64,000 nt of DNA, from NCBI GenBank assembly GCA_030390025.1, contig CM059432.1, positions 127,536,001 to 127,600,000 of the forward strand. Reading direction: 5' to 3'. The DNA is from Squalus acanthias. Taxonomy: Eukaryota. Under the pieces are notes generated by a model. That model saw only the letters and a program-made list of their open reading frames with translations, was not told the origin of the DNA and made no database searches. The position numbers and the translations under genes were made by a program. This document shows positions 49,565-63,379 of this stretch, one piece after another; the first letter of the stretch is position 1, and every line of letters starts with the position of its first letter.

Positions 49565-50715
49565 ATCTGATCGCAGGGTGTGTAAAGACGTTAGATTGCG
49601 GGTGGGGGCAGGGGTAAACACTCCTGCTCCTCCTGGCCCACAAGCAGTGCTGTAAAGGCACTTACCTCATGGATCTGGCCCGTCTTGCCTCCTTTTACCT
49701 GCCGGGATTCCCGTGGCCCGGGAAACCCAGCCTCCATGGGTTAAAAATAAAAATGTAGGTAAAATGGAGGCACGCAGCCTCCTTAAAAGATTTTACTGAC
49801 CGACCCGCCTCGCGAGAGCGGATTGGTCGCCCGCCCGCCTCTGTTAAAATGGGAAGTTGGCATGTTAGGATAGGGTTTGAGAAATCTAAAATTGTTACCT
49901 CCCACCCATCCCCAATCCCCCCATCCTTGGGGTTAAAATTTCCCCTATATTTTTCAAACACCGTCTTGTTCTCCAGCCTGCTATCTGAGGGAGTAAGGAT
50001 ATCCACCTGACAAAATCACAAGATCAGTTCCTGATCTTGGTCATGTTGTCAGGGGGGAGCTGCTGTACAGATACTAGACACTTCTTCGGAGAAAATTGGA
50101 GGGCAGGTCACCCCAGATCATCCTAGTCACCAGGAGTAGCAGAGACCTGCAAACGAACGAGCAGCTTGTCCTGTCAGCCAGAGCACGGTGTGTGGAACTA
50201 AAGGCATGGCAAAGGAGGTGGGGAGGAGAAATTCTAAAATGGGGCTTACTGACAGCATGTTGGCACTGAGCACTGGGGCACTATTACCCAGAGCCATACA
50301 GAGGGAAGACGTAGGTTCAACTCCTCTCAGCCGGTTCCTAATCTGAGCTATGCTCGGCTGAAACTGCAGCAGGAGAAGGGAAAATTGAATAGCGACATCC
50401 AACCTAGGTGGTACCTTGCTTCTCCTGGTGTCTAGGAAAGGAGGCTTTGGTTGATGTTTGGGAGCAGGCCTTCCAGTTGCCATCTTGGCAGAGGAGGCAT
50501 GATGACCTTAGGTTAAAATTAGGTGAGATTAATTAGAACTAAAGGGAGGGGTTGAGGAAGTGATATATCGATGTTCTTTTTAAATAGACAATATAGCAAA
50601 GTGCTACATTAAGTATGTGTAGTATAGTATACTTTACTGCTGGGAGGTGCTATTATGTCGAAAGCTGGAAATTTCTGCACAATCCACAGTGTTTGTTCTT
50701 GTGTGCGTTCAACAG

Positions 50716-50798
50716 GAGCACTGGGGGGATGGCAAGGAACAACCAAGCATCACAGCAGAAGAAAGACCATCAGAGAGAAGCCTAGTGTATTGCTTAAG
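50716..50798 (+). CDS. Possible ferlin linker exon (GALGGWQGTTKHHSRRKTIREKPSVLLK)
   Basis: ttcaacag acceptor, AAG|GT donor. The phase-1 start continues the 45692 exon in frame and it ends in LK. Confidence 0.4.
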
Positions 50799-51899
50799 GT
50801 GCTTCTGAATTAATTTGTTCATTTCAATGACCATTTGTGTCAGCAGAAATTTCTGGTCACCAGATCATGGGGTAGAGGAGTCATCCACTTCACTCGCTGT
50901 GAACTGTGCCTTCTGCCAGCTGATTGTGGACTGGCATTTACAACAGTTGCCCACTGATACAGAATGGTGAGAAGCCTCCAACAAGTGTGTGCTTTTTAGC
51001 TAGGCCTGAAAAATGATTGGAGAGCCACAAAACGTAAGGCCCAGTTTTATGAAATTGCCCTTCCAGCAGGGAACCTCACTTGCCAGGAACGCATGTGGCA
51101 AAATCGATGCAGTCTTCCCATGATTTTAAATTGTGGTGGGAACACACCTGAATTCCAATATGCGCTCCCAGTGGTTGAAGGGAGTGTGATTTCATAAAAC
51201 CAGCCCTATAACAATGAACTTGGGGCTGGTGATGTGATTTGAGTGCACACCACCAGCTTGCACACAACTTGACTGATTCCACCAGATAATGCAAGGCCAG
51301 TCTATTTGCATAATTAACGAGCGCTCTGGGCACATGTCTCATGTGCTGGAAGCACCTGGTCCTTATCGCTGGGCACCAGCAGGTAGTGAAGGACTGCTGG
51401 CTGTTCATTATGTGCCTGCCACTTTTTCAGTGTGGCAGATGGGGGAAGGAGCACTGGACAGCTAGTGGGGGAAGCGAAGGGCAGGTGGCCATGCGTGCAT
51501 GGTAAACATGAGACAATGGGGCATGGTGGCAGGGTATGTAAATGGTAGGGGTACACAATTTAAAAAAAACAAATTATGTTGGTTTCCTCGACTGCTCAGA
51601 TGCTCCAGCTGCATTATGGGGTAACCTCCTCATTTAAATAAAATCTGGGCACCTAATGAGCCGAACACACAACTTGTGTGCAGGCTCCAGACCCTTACTG
51701 CTCTCATTGGGACATGATAAGTGTCTTGGGCATTGTGACGGCCTCAGGGCTCTGTCTGCCTTACCAGGGAGTGGGTGTCCGATATGCAACATTGCATCAG
51801 GTGCCTGCCATCATATTATTGGTCCCTATACGTGATAAAGGACCATCACTTCAGTAGCCCTTCCCGCACTTTCACAACATTACCGTTTCTGAAAGCATT

Positions 51900-52232
51900 T
51901 ACAAGGAATCTGCCATCTTTACCTCAAAAATCAATTGAAACTGACTAGGGGTTGTTATGAAACAATGCTTCAGAGGGGGCAAAAGATCATTTCTATTCTC
52001 TAACCTTGCACAAGACTTGTGAATTTTATACTTGGGTCCTCTAGTCCTATGTTCATTGCTTAGTTCAATTTTATCTATGCCTTCCATTATTTTACAGAGC
52101 TGTATCATGTCTTCCCTCAATATTCTTTTCTCCAAAGCCTTTCTTCACAACATAGGCCCTTAAAGCGTGAAATTACCTTGGTCACTCTTCTCTGAACCCC
52201 TTCTAATGCATCTATATCCTTTTTGAAATAGG
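51900..52232 (-). mobile_element. Old CR1 fragment
   Basis: EKRILREDMIQLCKIMEG...RTRGPKYK on the - strand. Confidence 0.65.
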
Positions 52233-52609
52233 CTGACCAAAGGTTGTTGGATCAAGACCCACTCTAGGACTTGCACACATAATCTAGGCTGATACTTCAC
52301 TGCAGTACTGAGGAGGTGCTGCCTTGTCAGAGGCGCCATCTTGTAGATGAGATGGTAAACCGACACCCCAGCCTTCTTGTTCAAATGGACAGAAAAGATT
52401 TCATGTCACTATTTGAAGATCAGGGCATTCTCCTCGTGTCCTGGCCAACTTTAATTCCTCAACTAACACCACCAAACAGATTATCTGGCAAAACAACAGT
52501 GACTACACTTCGAAACTACTTAATTGGCTGTCAAGCACTTTGGGATGCATGAAAGGCGCTATATAAATGCAAGTTCTTCTTTTAAAAGTGTGAGCCTTAC
52601 TCTAAAATT

Positions 52610-53112
52610 GGGGAAGAGGCTGGGTACTCTGTGGCAAATGGCTCATTTCCTGACCCCTAACAGCCTCACCATCTGTAAGGCTCAAGTCAGGAGTGTGATG
52701 GAATACTCACCACTCCCCTGGATTGGGGCAGCCATAAAAACACTCAAGAAGCTTGACACCATGCAAAACAAAGCAGTCCACTTGATTGGCTCCCTTGACA
52801 CTGATCTCAATATCCATCTCCTCCACCACCAACGGGCAGCAGCTGCTACTATCCACAGGGTGCACTGCAGCAAACTTACTTTGACAGCTCCTTTCAGTCT
52901 CATGGCCTCTACTGCCAAGAAGGACAAGATCAGCAATGTCATGGGAACAAAATCACATGCCATCCTGACTCAGACGTATGTTGCCGTTCCTTTATCATTG
53001 CTCGATCAATATCCTGGAATTCCTTACCTAATGTCATTGTGGGAGCACCGTCACCACAGGAGAAAGCCCAGCACCATCTTCTCAGGGCAACTAGGGATGG
53101 ACAATAAATGCA
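52610..53112 (+). mobile_element. Old LINE 3' fragment, same group as 12426-12779
   Basis: KAQVRSVMEYSP...LKKLDTMQNKA. Tail ttctcagggcaactagggatggacaataaatg. Confidence 0.7.
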
Positions 53113-53799
53113 GACTTACCCATTCATCTATATAATGACTGTATAAATTGTTCTGACTTGGAGTCAAATGTTGCCCAGATCTAATCCTAGTACCTAATTT
53201 GTCTTATTGTTAATTGTCCAAAACCTTTCAGGGAATGATTAATGTTAACTCCCAATTCCTTTTCCTCACTAACCTCTATCTACCAGATCTCAGCCCATCT
53301 ATATAAAAATAGGTTGAAGTCCCCTTGGTGATCAATCTCCTTTCTACTTGTTACTTAGCGGATTGGCTTTGCGTCAGCAATAAATGTAATATTACTGGAC
53401 AATGGAAAGGAACATCAGGTGGGGTGTATAACAGGCAGCTGATCTGCTTACGCCATTTTGCACCCCCACCAAAGTTGAATTTTATCCCCTCTATTTCATA
53501 TCATTCATAAATAGTGTGAAAAGCAGCGGTCCCAGAACAAGCCCTATGAAATATCATTGGTCACCTTTTCCCAAGTAGACCGGCCTGAACCAAACCGAGA
53601 GATCACACATAGAGCAGTGGGGTTGGTGTTTGGGGCACTTCTTACTTTCAGCCCCCTGTGCCTGTGCCAGTGCAGGCGCTCTCTCCTGTAACCCCATTTG
53701 CCCCAGAACCTTTGATATTCCACCTTTACAAATACTTATCGCATTCCCTTTTAAATTATGTTCTAGGCTTTGCCTCAATAGCATCTTGTGCTGAAGCAT

Positions 53800-54434
53800 T
53801 GTAAGAATACATTATTTGCTGTAACTTCTGCTGTAACTTGACCAAAACTTAAAACTTGACCACATTTTATGTACCATCATGCTTCGCGAGGCCAAGAGAT
53901 TGGTTGCTGAGAGAACTTTTGCAAAAAATAAAAGATGCTATGGTTGTAAGCTGTGAAGGCTGCCAACTGTCTTTCAACAGATAAGGAAAACAGACCTTGA
54001 AGGTTCTGTGGGAGCTGTGGAATCATTGCAAAAACAGAAACATCTTCAGACTATGGAATGTAACTGGCCTTCAAGCCCACTGTATGCTTAACGGACTATT
54101 GATAAGAGTAACTGAAAAGCAACTAATGCCGTATAGTTCGGGACACGTACGCAGTGGGAGGGTTGCCAAGTTTCGGGGTATAAAAGATGCTGTAAATTGA
54201 CCACTCGTTGCTGCAGCTGGACAACCTGGTCCGTTGTCAGAAATCATACGTCTAGTCATCGCCGAATTGACCAATCGCTGGTGTTAGTACGTATGTGGTG
54301 TTTTGCTTGAGCTTAAAGTAAAGGGATAGTTCTGTGTGTGCTGAAGTATAATCGGGAATTGTTATACGCTACATAACTGTCGGATGCTCACTTGTAATCT
54401 CTTGCTGATTTTTAAGTAAAAGAAGTTTTTCACA
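53800..54434 (+). mobile_element. Possible solo LTR
   Basis: TGTAAGAA...TTTTCACA termini, TATA-like gtataaaa at about 54178, AGTAAA near the end. No TSD seen. Confidence 0.3.
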
Positions 54435-57059
54435 GATCCATTGGGTTTTGTGTTGTCTGCTCGATGGATCTGAACTTTGGAAACTGTTGGACGGGGCAAG
54501 GGACGATTTACAGCATCCCATGGTCTAATAACCCTCAGTATGAAATCCTTCCTGTTCCCTTTTTCTTTGGTTCTTCCCATGATAATCCTCAGTCTCTGTC
54601 CCCTTGTTCTCTATTTGCCCACCAGTGGACAAAATCTTTCACTATTCACCGTAAAGTCCCCAGGTTTCACTCATCCCTTTACTGGCTGCTCCACTCTTGC
54701 TGCTGCTTCCACTCACCAATTTGCTGCTGCTCCTGGATTTTCAGGAAATGCTGAGCCACACGCCCACGCCCACCTTATTCCCCAGTCTTCCTCTCTCTCT
54801 CCCCCGCCCGAACCCCAATCCTCAAACTCCAAGCCCAGTCCACAGTCTCCCATTCTCCCCATCCGAGCCTCATTCCCCCAACCCCCAGTCTTCAATCTCC
54901 CTCTCCCCCGCCCGAGTCCCAGTCTCTCGGACCCCATTCTCCAGTCTTACTCCTCCCCAACCCCGTCCACTGTCACCCTCTCACCCCGCCCAGTGCCCTG
55001 ATGCCCCCACCCCACAAGTTCCCGACCACATTCTTCCCTTCCCAGCCCCAATCACCTGCCCCGTAATTCCTGTTCACCCTTTTCCAATCCCAGCCCCACC
55101 ACCCCCGCCCAGACTCCTGGCCATTTATCCACCAGCCAGTCTCGTTTTTGGCTTATTGAGCCTTGTAAACAGTTGAGGAGTTAGGACACAGCACTTTGGA
55201 GAATCTGCTTACAAAATGAAAATGAAGTTGTGTAGATTGACCTCAGCCACAAATGTTGTTGTGAGCAAGGCATATTGCTGCTAGACTGTCCATTCTGACT
55301 ACATGTAACATTTTGAGGTTAGATAATTAGTTTCTGCTTCGTGGCATATGAGGCAATCCATTTCTTCCACTGCTGCCTGTCCAGAGCAAGATATTTGACT
55401 CTGATCCGAGTATCATCTTACCTTACATCCAGCAGATCGCGGTTCACCACAGTTGATGTTTGTATTTGTGAGTCTGTAACAGACTCGTCTTGTCTCTGGG
55501 TGGTTTCCATTACGAAAGTAATTTTTACGAGGACAGGTCGTGCCGCTGACTCACAACTCCCTACCAGGAGGACCAGTGGACTACCTTTTGTCTGACTCCT
55601 ACCTTGCTTCCTTGGGTGGCCCTACTAGTTGTTATACTCCCACCAGCACAGCTCTCCGTGTCATAGGAGCACTCAGACATTCCGACCACGTCAAGGAGCA
55701 GTCCCCAAGGAAGGAGTATTTTGAGTCTCCGTGACAAATCCTTGCCATTTAGCAGCCTACGATTGGAAAGGTCATAGGGCAGAGTAGAGCTCATTAGCTG
55801 CAGGTTTTAGCTTTTGCTGTCTAATGGAATCCAGAGGCATGGAACGGAAATTCACTTTTAAGCTGCTTGCAGCTGAATGCTCAACGCTTCTGCTAAATGT
55901 CTCCAGGGTAACTCCTACTTTAACTGCATTGAGTGCAGTGGTGCTGAAGTGGTTGAGCTTCAATTACATTTATTAATCTTCATTTGAAATTATTCGTTGC
56001 TTGTTTGCCAAATAAAATAGGATATCAGAGCTGTGTTACAGAACCTTGCTGGCTTTTAATGCCTATTTCAAATGGGCAAGCGTTGTGCTGGGCGAGAACA
56101 GGGTGGGAAAACAGGTAAATTTTGGCTGCCTCATTTTATCTCAGTTTGAATAGCATTTGCTTGTGTGACATAAAGCAAGTAGGTGAGGAATAGTGCATGC
56201 ACTCTAAAGTGGCGGGGGAGGGGAGGGGAGGGGAGCAGCCAACAAGTTCTGTTACTCTGAAATGTACACTTTACTCACCCAATTCCCAACGAAGGAATTT
56301 GTATCCTCCTATCTTGACAGCTGTTTGTACTTAGGCTTCCCTTAGAGGACAAACTTTGTTCATTTCAGCTGGGCCATCGGGGCAGGGATGAGCTGACATA
56401 GGAAGGCGCCTATTTCTAAACTGTTCAAGCGTGCATCCAGGCAGGTCCATCAAGGAGAAAAAGAATAATGTTGCCTTGACCATCCTACCTGCCCAACTCA
56501 TACACACAACCACTTGGGAGTGCATGTCTACCTCAGATCAATTTGGTGTGGGTCACGGTCCCCTTCCCCATTACTCCAAATCTCAGAATTGCGCCAAATA
56601 TCCCCCAGCTCTTTGTACCCAGTTACACCTGTGTCCCAACTGATGAACGCTATGGATGTGAAGGGGCGAAAGAAAATAGGAAAAAATTGAATTACTTAAT
56701 GGAGCCTGCATTTAAAATCTATTAATATTATACAGAGACAATTTGGGTGATATTTTTAGCAGACTGTATTCACTGGTTGAAGCATCGTTTCATTTGTCAA
56801 TTCCCAATGTCATTTCAAAAAAAGGGATGCTCATCTCCAGGGTTAAAAGTTTAAAGCTGCCAAATCCCAAGGTCAGACTTTGGTCATTTTCCATCGATAG
56901 CTAATTGCTCCTGGTTGCTTAGCTGCCAATAATGAGTGCTCACCATCTGCTCCTTGAAGGTGAGGCTCGAACATTTAACATACAGAACCAAGCTGGTATA
57001 ATCAGTAATTCCTATTGATAGCTCTGCCAGATGTATTCCAAAAGAGGGCGCTGACATAA

Positions 57060-60000
57060 CTAAGGTCAAGGCAATAGAGCAGTGTAGCGATTTGGGTAAA
57101 AATAAGCAGAGTGTGACAGGAAGGGACAGAGAGTTTAATGGTAGCAGTGCAGCAGAGAATAAGGTCAAAGCAGAGAATAATGGTAAAAAAAATTAAATTA
57201 AAGGCTCTTTATCTGAATGCACGAAGCATTCATAACAAGATAGACGAACTAGTGGCACAAATAGAGATAAATGGGTTTGATCTAATAGCCATTACAGAGA
57301 CATGGTTGCAAGGTGGCCAAGGTTGGGAACTAAATGTTCCAGGGTACTTGACATTTTGAAAAGACAGGCAGAATGGAAAAGAAGGGGGAGTAGCCCTGAT
57401 AATAAAGGATGACATAAGGACAGTAGCGAGAAAGGATCTCGGCTCGGAAGATCAGGAAGTAGAATCAGTATGGGTGGAGATAAGGAATAACAAGGGGCAG
57501 AAAACACTGGTAGGGGTAGTATATAGGCCCCCTAACTGTAGCTATACCATTGGACAGAATATTAATCAAGAAATAGTAGGAATTTGCAACAAAGGTAATG
57601 CAATAATCTTGAGGGACTTTAATCTTCATGTAGACTGGACAAATCAAATTGGCAAAGGTAGTCTGGAGGACGAGTTCATGGAATGCATTCAGGACAGTTT
57701 CTGAGAACAATATGTCATGGAACCAACCAGGGAACAGGCTATTTTAGATCTTGTATTGTGTAATGAGACAGGGCTAATTAGCAATCTCATAGTAAAGGAT
57801 CCTCTGGGGCAGAGTGATCATAATATGATAGAGTTTTACGTTAAATTTGAGAGTGACTTGCCTAAGTCCGAAACTAGAGTCTTACACTTAAATAAAGTCA
57901 ATTACATAGGTATGAGGGGTGAGTTGGCTAAGGTAGATTAGAAAAATAGATTAAAGGGTATGGCGGTAGATAAGCAGTGGCTAGCATTTAAAGAAATATT
58001 TCATAATTCTCAACAAAAATACATTCCATTGAGAAACAAAAACTCCACGGGAAAAGTGATCCAACCGTGGCTAACTAAAGAAGTTAAGGATAGCATTAGA
58101 TTGAAAGAAGAAGCTCATAATGTTGCAAAGAATAATAGTAAACCTGAGGATTGGGAGAGTTTCAGAAACCAGCAAAGGTTGACCAAAAAATTGATAAAAA
58201 AAGGAAAAAAATAGAATGAGGGAAAACTAGCAAGAAATATAAAAGCAGATTGTAAGAGTTTCTACAAGTATGTAAAAAGGAAAAGAGTAGCAAAAGTAAA
58301 CGTTGGTCCCTTAGAGGCTGAGACAGGAGAAAATATTATGGGGAATAAGGAAATGGCAGAAATGTTAAACAAGTATTTTGTATCTGACTTCACAGTAGAA
58401 GACACAAAAAGCATACCAAAAATGGTGGGGAACCAAGGGTCTAATGAGTGTGAGGAACTTAACGTAATTAATATAAGTAGAGAAAAAGTACTAGAGAAAC
58501 TAATGGGACTAAAAGCTGACAAATCCCCTGGACCAGATGGCCTACATCCTAGGGTTCTAAAAGAGGTGGCTGAAGAGATAGTGGATGCATTGGTTTTGAT
58601 CTTCCAAAATTCCCTAGATTCTGGAATGGTCCCAGTGGATTGGAAGGTCGCAAATGTAACACCGCTATTCAAGAAAGGAGGGAGAGAAAGAACAGGGAAC
58701 TACAGGCCAGTTAGCCTGACATCGGTCGTCGGGAAAATGCTGGAATCCATTGTTAAGAAAGTGGTATCAAGTCACTTAGAAAATCATAACATGATTAGGC
58801 AGAGTCAACATGGTTTTATGAAAGGGCAATCATGTTTGACAAATTTATTAGAGTTTTTTGAGGATGTAACTAGCAGGGTAAATAAAGGGGAACCAGTGGA
58901 TGTAGTATATTTGGATTTCCAAAAGGCATTCGATAAGGTGCCACATAAAAGATTATTGCACAAGATTAGGGCTCATGGGGTTGGGGGTAATATAGTAGCA
59001 TGGATAGAGGATTGGTTAATGGACAGAAAACAGAGAGTAGGGATAAACGGATCTTCTTCAGGTTGGCAGGCTGTGACTAGTGGGGTGCCGCAAGGATCAA
59101 TGTTGGGGCCTGAGCGATTTACAATCGATATTAATGACCTAGATGAAGAGACTGTGTGTAATGTATCCAAGTTTACTGATGATATAAAGCTAGGTGGGGC
59201 ATTAAGCTGCGAGGAGAACACAGAGAGTCTACAATGGGATATAGATAGACTAAGTGAGTGGGCAGTAAGGTGGCAGATGGAGTATAATGTAGGGAAATGT
59301 GAGGTTATTCACTTTGGTAGGAAGAATAGAAAAACAGAATATTTTTTAAATGGTGAGAAACTTTCAAATGTTGGTGCTCAGAGAGATTTGGGTGTCCTTG
59401 TGCAAGAAACACAAAGCTAGCATAGCAAGCAATAAGGAAGGCAAATGGCATGTTGGCTTTTATTGCAAGGGGGTTGGAGTATAAGAGTAAGGAAGTCTTG
59501 CTACAATTGTACAGGGCCTTGGTGAGACCACACCTGGAGTACTGTGCACAGTTCTGGTCTCCTTATCTAAGGAAGGAAATACTTGCCTTGGAGGTGGTGC
59601 AATGAAGGTTCTCTAGATTGATTCCTGGGATGAGAGGGCTGTCCTATGATGAGAGATTGTGTAGAATGGGCCTATACTCTCTGGAGTTTAGAAGAATAAA
59701 AGGTGATCTCATTGAAACATACAAGATTCTAAAGGGGATTGACAGGGTAGATGCTGAGAGGTTATTTCCCCTGGCTGGAGTGTCTAGAACTAGGGGGCAT
59801 AGTCTCAGGATACGGGGTAGGCCACTTGAGACTGAGAAGAGGAGGAATTTCTTCACTCAGAGGGTTGTGAATCTTTGGAATTCTCTGCCCCAGAGGGTTG
59901 TGAATGCTGAGTCTTTGAGTATATTCAAGGCTGAGACAGATAGATTTTTGAACTCTAGGGCAATCAATGGATATGGAGATCTGGCGGGAAAGTGGAGTTG

Positions 60001-60089
60001 AGGTCGATGATCAGCTATAATCTTATTGAATGGTGGAGCAGGCTCGAGGGACCGTATGGCCTACTCCTGCTCTTATTTCTTATGTTCTT
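57060..60089 (+). mobile_element. CR1-clade LINE (family B), near-complete ORF2, disrupted
   Basis: APE endonuclease start LYLNARSI...IAITETWL, SDHN, RT motifs (FTDD), 3' tail ttcttatgttctta. Several stops and frameshifts. Confidence 0.95.
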
Positions 60090-62656
60090 AACAGTTTATT
60101 GGCAGGATAGTGTCATCTGTATGAGGGGGAAACAGTCTAGAATACAATACAATCTGGAATTAAAGAATACACTTCAGTTCTGCAAAGCTAGGCTGCCAGG
60201 TGCATGAGAGAAAGGGTTGAGTTGAAACTGCAGTGTCCGAATAACTCCGATGTAAACACAGCGGGGTGCAAAACACTGCAGAAAACCTACATTAAATGCA
60301 TCTTTGGAGAGCAAGATTTGATTTGTTTTACAACATATAGCTAAAAGATCACTTTGACAATAGATGACCTATGGTGACCGACCCATTATCCCTCGAGTCC
60401 TGGGGAGAAGCTACAGCTGACTACAGGCTTCTGTGTGGTGTCCGTAGAGTCTCTCTTCAAACTGAATAAAAACACAAACATGATGGCAATTTTTTTGTCC
60501 ATAAAACTGGTACCACCAGTAATATTTCTGTCGGAAAACCTTCTTGCGTCTATATTTATCTGTTACCATCTCCTGAAGTAATTTGAACAACCCGATTTTT
60601 AAAAAAATCTCTCCTTAGTTTAAAGGCTATGGGGGAAAGATTTGGTATCGACCATTTTGGGGCGCTAACATCGCCCGGGCGCAAACTTTAGCGCCAGCGA
60701 CCGCCAAATTCAGTTTTAGCACCCCTACAGGGAAGTGGAGCGCTACACACTTCGCTTCGGGCGCTAACGTCGGGGAGCGGGGCGCTACCGCAGAGCACGA
60801 CTCAAGTTCAGGCGCTGTCAATTACAAGTACTCAGACAGACTGGCACCTTCCAATTTTTAAAGGGGAGGTTCAATCATGCTGCACAGCCTCACTCTGATC
60901 ATTGCTGCTTGTGTCCTGGGCCTGCAAGGAGGTGCAATCCATCAACCACAAATCTCTTGGCTGATCAGAGGCCCAGGGAGAGAGCTCGCCGGTTCAGCGA
61001 CCAGGCATTGGAGGCTCTGGTTGTGGCTATGGAACGCCAACGGGCAGTGCTGTTCCCAGACACTGGCAGGAGGTCATTGCCGCAGGACTTCAGAAGGATG
61101 TGGAGGGAGGTGGCCCAGTACGTCTTGGCCAGAACCGTGGTCCAAAGGACTCACACCCAGTGCCGCAAGAAGTTCAACGACCTCACTCGGGTGGTCAGGG
61201 TGAGTACATGCTTCAAAAACCTCTACATCCCACCATCTCAACCTCACTCTGTGCACAGACGGTATAAACCACCAAATCCCCAACGCACACCCACCAACTA
61301 TGCCCGGCTACTAAAAGTCATATCCACATCTCACGCCTTGCATACATTAAGAGCTATTCAACTATGGTAGGCACATCTGCCAAACACATGGCTGCACACT
61401 CACTCACACGCTGTCCTTTTTCTTGCAGGCCAAGCTTGCTCATAACAGGAGGGGGCAGCAACACACAGGAGGAGGTCAGGCGGGGCTGCACTCCCTCACA
61501 CAGCTGGAGGAGCGAGTGCACAGCATCATCGCAGCCCAGGTCATGGGCGCTGTGGCAGTCGGAGAGGTCGACCCCCTTGGGGACAGCAACGGTATGTTCA
61601 TCACCTCTCCCTCTTTTCTCTCATACCACTTTCCCTCACAACACAAGCCCTTCCCACTTTCCATCTAACTATACTGTCTCCATTCCTTGCTCCCTTCCTG
61701 CCCCCCCCCCCTCCCCTGATGTTAAACCCACTCTTGTGCCTTAATGCTTTCAGATAATCAGCCACCATCTGACCAGCCTGTCCCTCAGCCTCCCAGTGGC
61801 AGCGACGCGGGAGAGGAGGCGGAACACCAAGCCGGAGCCTCACTGCCTGCATCTCCCAAGGGCTACACATCTGATAATGGGGCCACACGGTCGCTGGAGG
61901 GGAGCAGAGGAAATGGCTCTGATGTGGGTGAAGCTCCCAGCGGTCTGTAACAACGCCATGGGGGAAGGGAAGCTCGGGGGCCATCTCCCCGGAGGGTGAG
62001 TGTGCGCACGAGTTCTACTGCACAGGACTCAGATGAGGACCTCGATGTGGAGGCGATGACCACACAGGTGATGAGCATGCACACTGAGCTCATGGGTGCA
62101 ATGGCAAGGGTGCCCGAGAGAGCATGGATGCACTGGCTAGGAGCATGGAGGAGTCCACCGTCAGCATATCTCTGCGCAAACCTTTGAGCCCATCCTTGGC
62201 ACTTTGCAGAGGATGGTTGACTCGCAGAGAGACCGTGGGGACCCAGATCTCATGCCACGTGTCATGGGTGAGGTGGCAGCAGCTTTTGCAGCACAGGCCA
62301 AGGAAACGCAATGGCTTAGTGCTGTAATAGAGTCAGTGGTTGCTGGCATCCAGTCTCAGACTGCTCTCATGCAGTCTCAGTTGGATGTCACGCAAGCGCT
62401 GACTGCGGCCATCGTCGCTGGGTCGCCCACAGTCCACCGGGGATCTCACAGTGCCGCAGCAGGCCAGCAACCTCTGCTCGAGCAGATTGCTCCGGATGCT
62501 GAGGTAATGCCCCGGGGGAGTGGCAGTGTGTCGGTCGAGCAGGAAGGTGCTGTCCTCTCTCAAGATCATGATGCGGAAATGCTGGCGTTGGACTGGGGTG
62601 GACAAAAGTGAGAAGTCACACAACACCAGGTTATAGTCCAACAGATTTATTTAAAA

Positions 62657-62694
62657 TTACAAGCTTTCGGAGCTATCGCCCCTTCTTCAGGTAA
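62657..62694 (-). ncRNA. Minimal hammerhead ribozyme motif (mirror copy)
   Basis: The - strand reads TTAC-CTGAAGA-A-GGGGC(GATA)GCTCC-GAAA-GCTT-GTAA. Confidence 0.75.
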
Positions 62695-62726
62695 AGTTAC
62701 AATGAGTGAATTCACTCATTGTAACT

Positions 62727-62764
62727 TTACCTGAAGAAGGGGTGATAGCTCCGAAAGCTTGTAA
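62727..62764 (+). ncRNA. Minimal hammerhead ribozyme motif
   Basis: TTAC-CTGAAGA-A-GGGGT(GATA)GCTCC-GAAA-GCTT-GTAA. Confidence 0.75.
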
Positions 62765-63379
62765 TTTTAAATCTGTTGGACTATAACCTGGTGTTGTGCG
62801 ACTTCTCACTTTTGTCTCTCTCAAGATGACAGCATTCCTGCTCTCACCACTGCCACTCCACCATTGCACTTGCCGCAGCCTGTAACCCAGCCATCCCAGA
62901 CTTCTGCCGCCCATACTGAGTTGGTGCAGTAGGCCCAGGGCTGGTCGAGGGCGTCCTGCAAGGCCATCTGCAGTCTCTGGCTCCCAGACTCAGCAGCCTT
63001 CCGCCAGTTTTGCTGCAGCCACTGGGGCCACATTACGGAGGAGCAGTAGGATTGGGAGGGGGAATAACAAAGGGGAGGGAAATCATTGAGGAAGGCCCAG
63101 TAAATAAAATGTTAAAAGCAAATGGGGGGAGTGTGTGTACGAAAGTTGATGTGTTTGTAAATATATTGTTCAGTATGGTAAGAAATAGTTCCGTTTGCTA
63201 AGAACCAGTTGTGTTTGTTCATAAATTGTTGTGTTTGTTTATTATTGGTTGTGTTTGATAAGAGAGAGTTGTGCAGAATAACAAATGTTTATTTCGACGT
63301 AGCAAATTTTGAGGTGATGTTTCTCATTTGAGCTTTGCCCGGTCATAGAGGTTGCGAGCTGGCTGTAATGAGCTGTAAT

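Larger units (their letters stand above)
62567..62815. mobile_element. Miniature palindromic Penelope-derived insertion
   Basis: Homologous to the ends of 23261-24609. Palindrome centred on GAA|TTC at 62710/62711. 12-bp TSD CTCTCTCAAGAT at 62555-62566 and 62816-62827. Confidence 0.92.
60957..63060 (+). pseudogene. Harbinger Myb/SANT-like DNA-binding protein gene (exons about 60957-61199, 61429-61591, 61754 onward)
   Basis: RARRFSDQALEALV...W...RTHTQCRKKFNDL | AKLAHNRR...TGGG with GT-AG introns. TTG at the presumed start, in-frame TAA at 61948, frameshifts and a Penelope insertion. The 3' limit is approximate. Confidence 0.85.

Noticed and set aside
45820..49661. Gly-rich ORFs up to 1081 aa
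   Set aside because: Open in all three frames because the repeat unit has no stop codon. Not coding evidence.
53981..54091. ttcaacag|IRKTDLEG... as the next ferlin exon
   Set aside because: Lacks the expected FEDW motif, ends in a stop, and lies in the LTR-like segment.
58338..59420. 360-aa RT ORF as an active LINE
   Set aside because: Surrounding ORF2 has multiple stops and frameshifts, and ORF1/5' UTR is absent.
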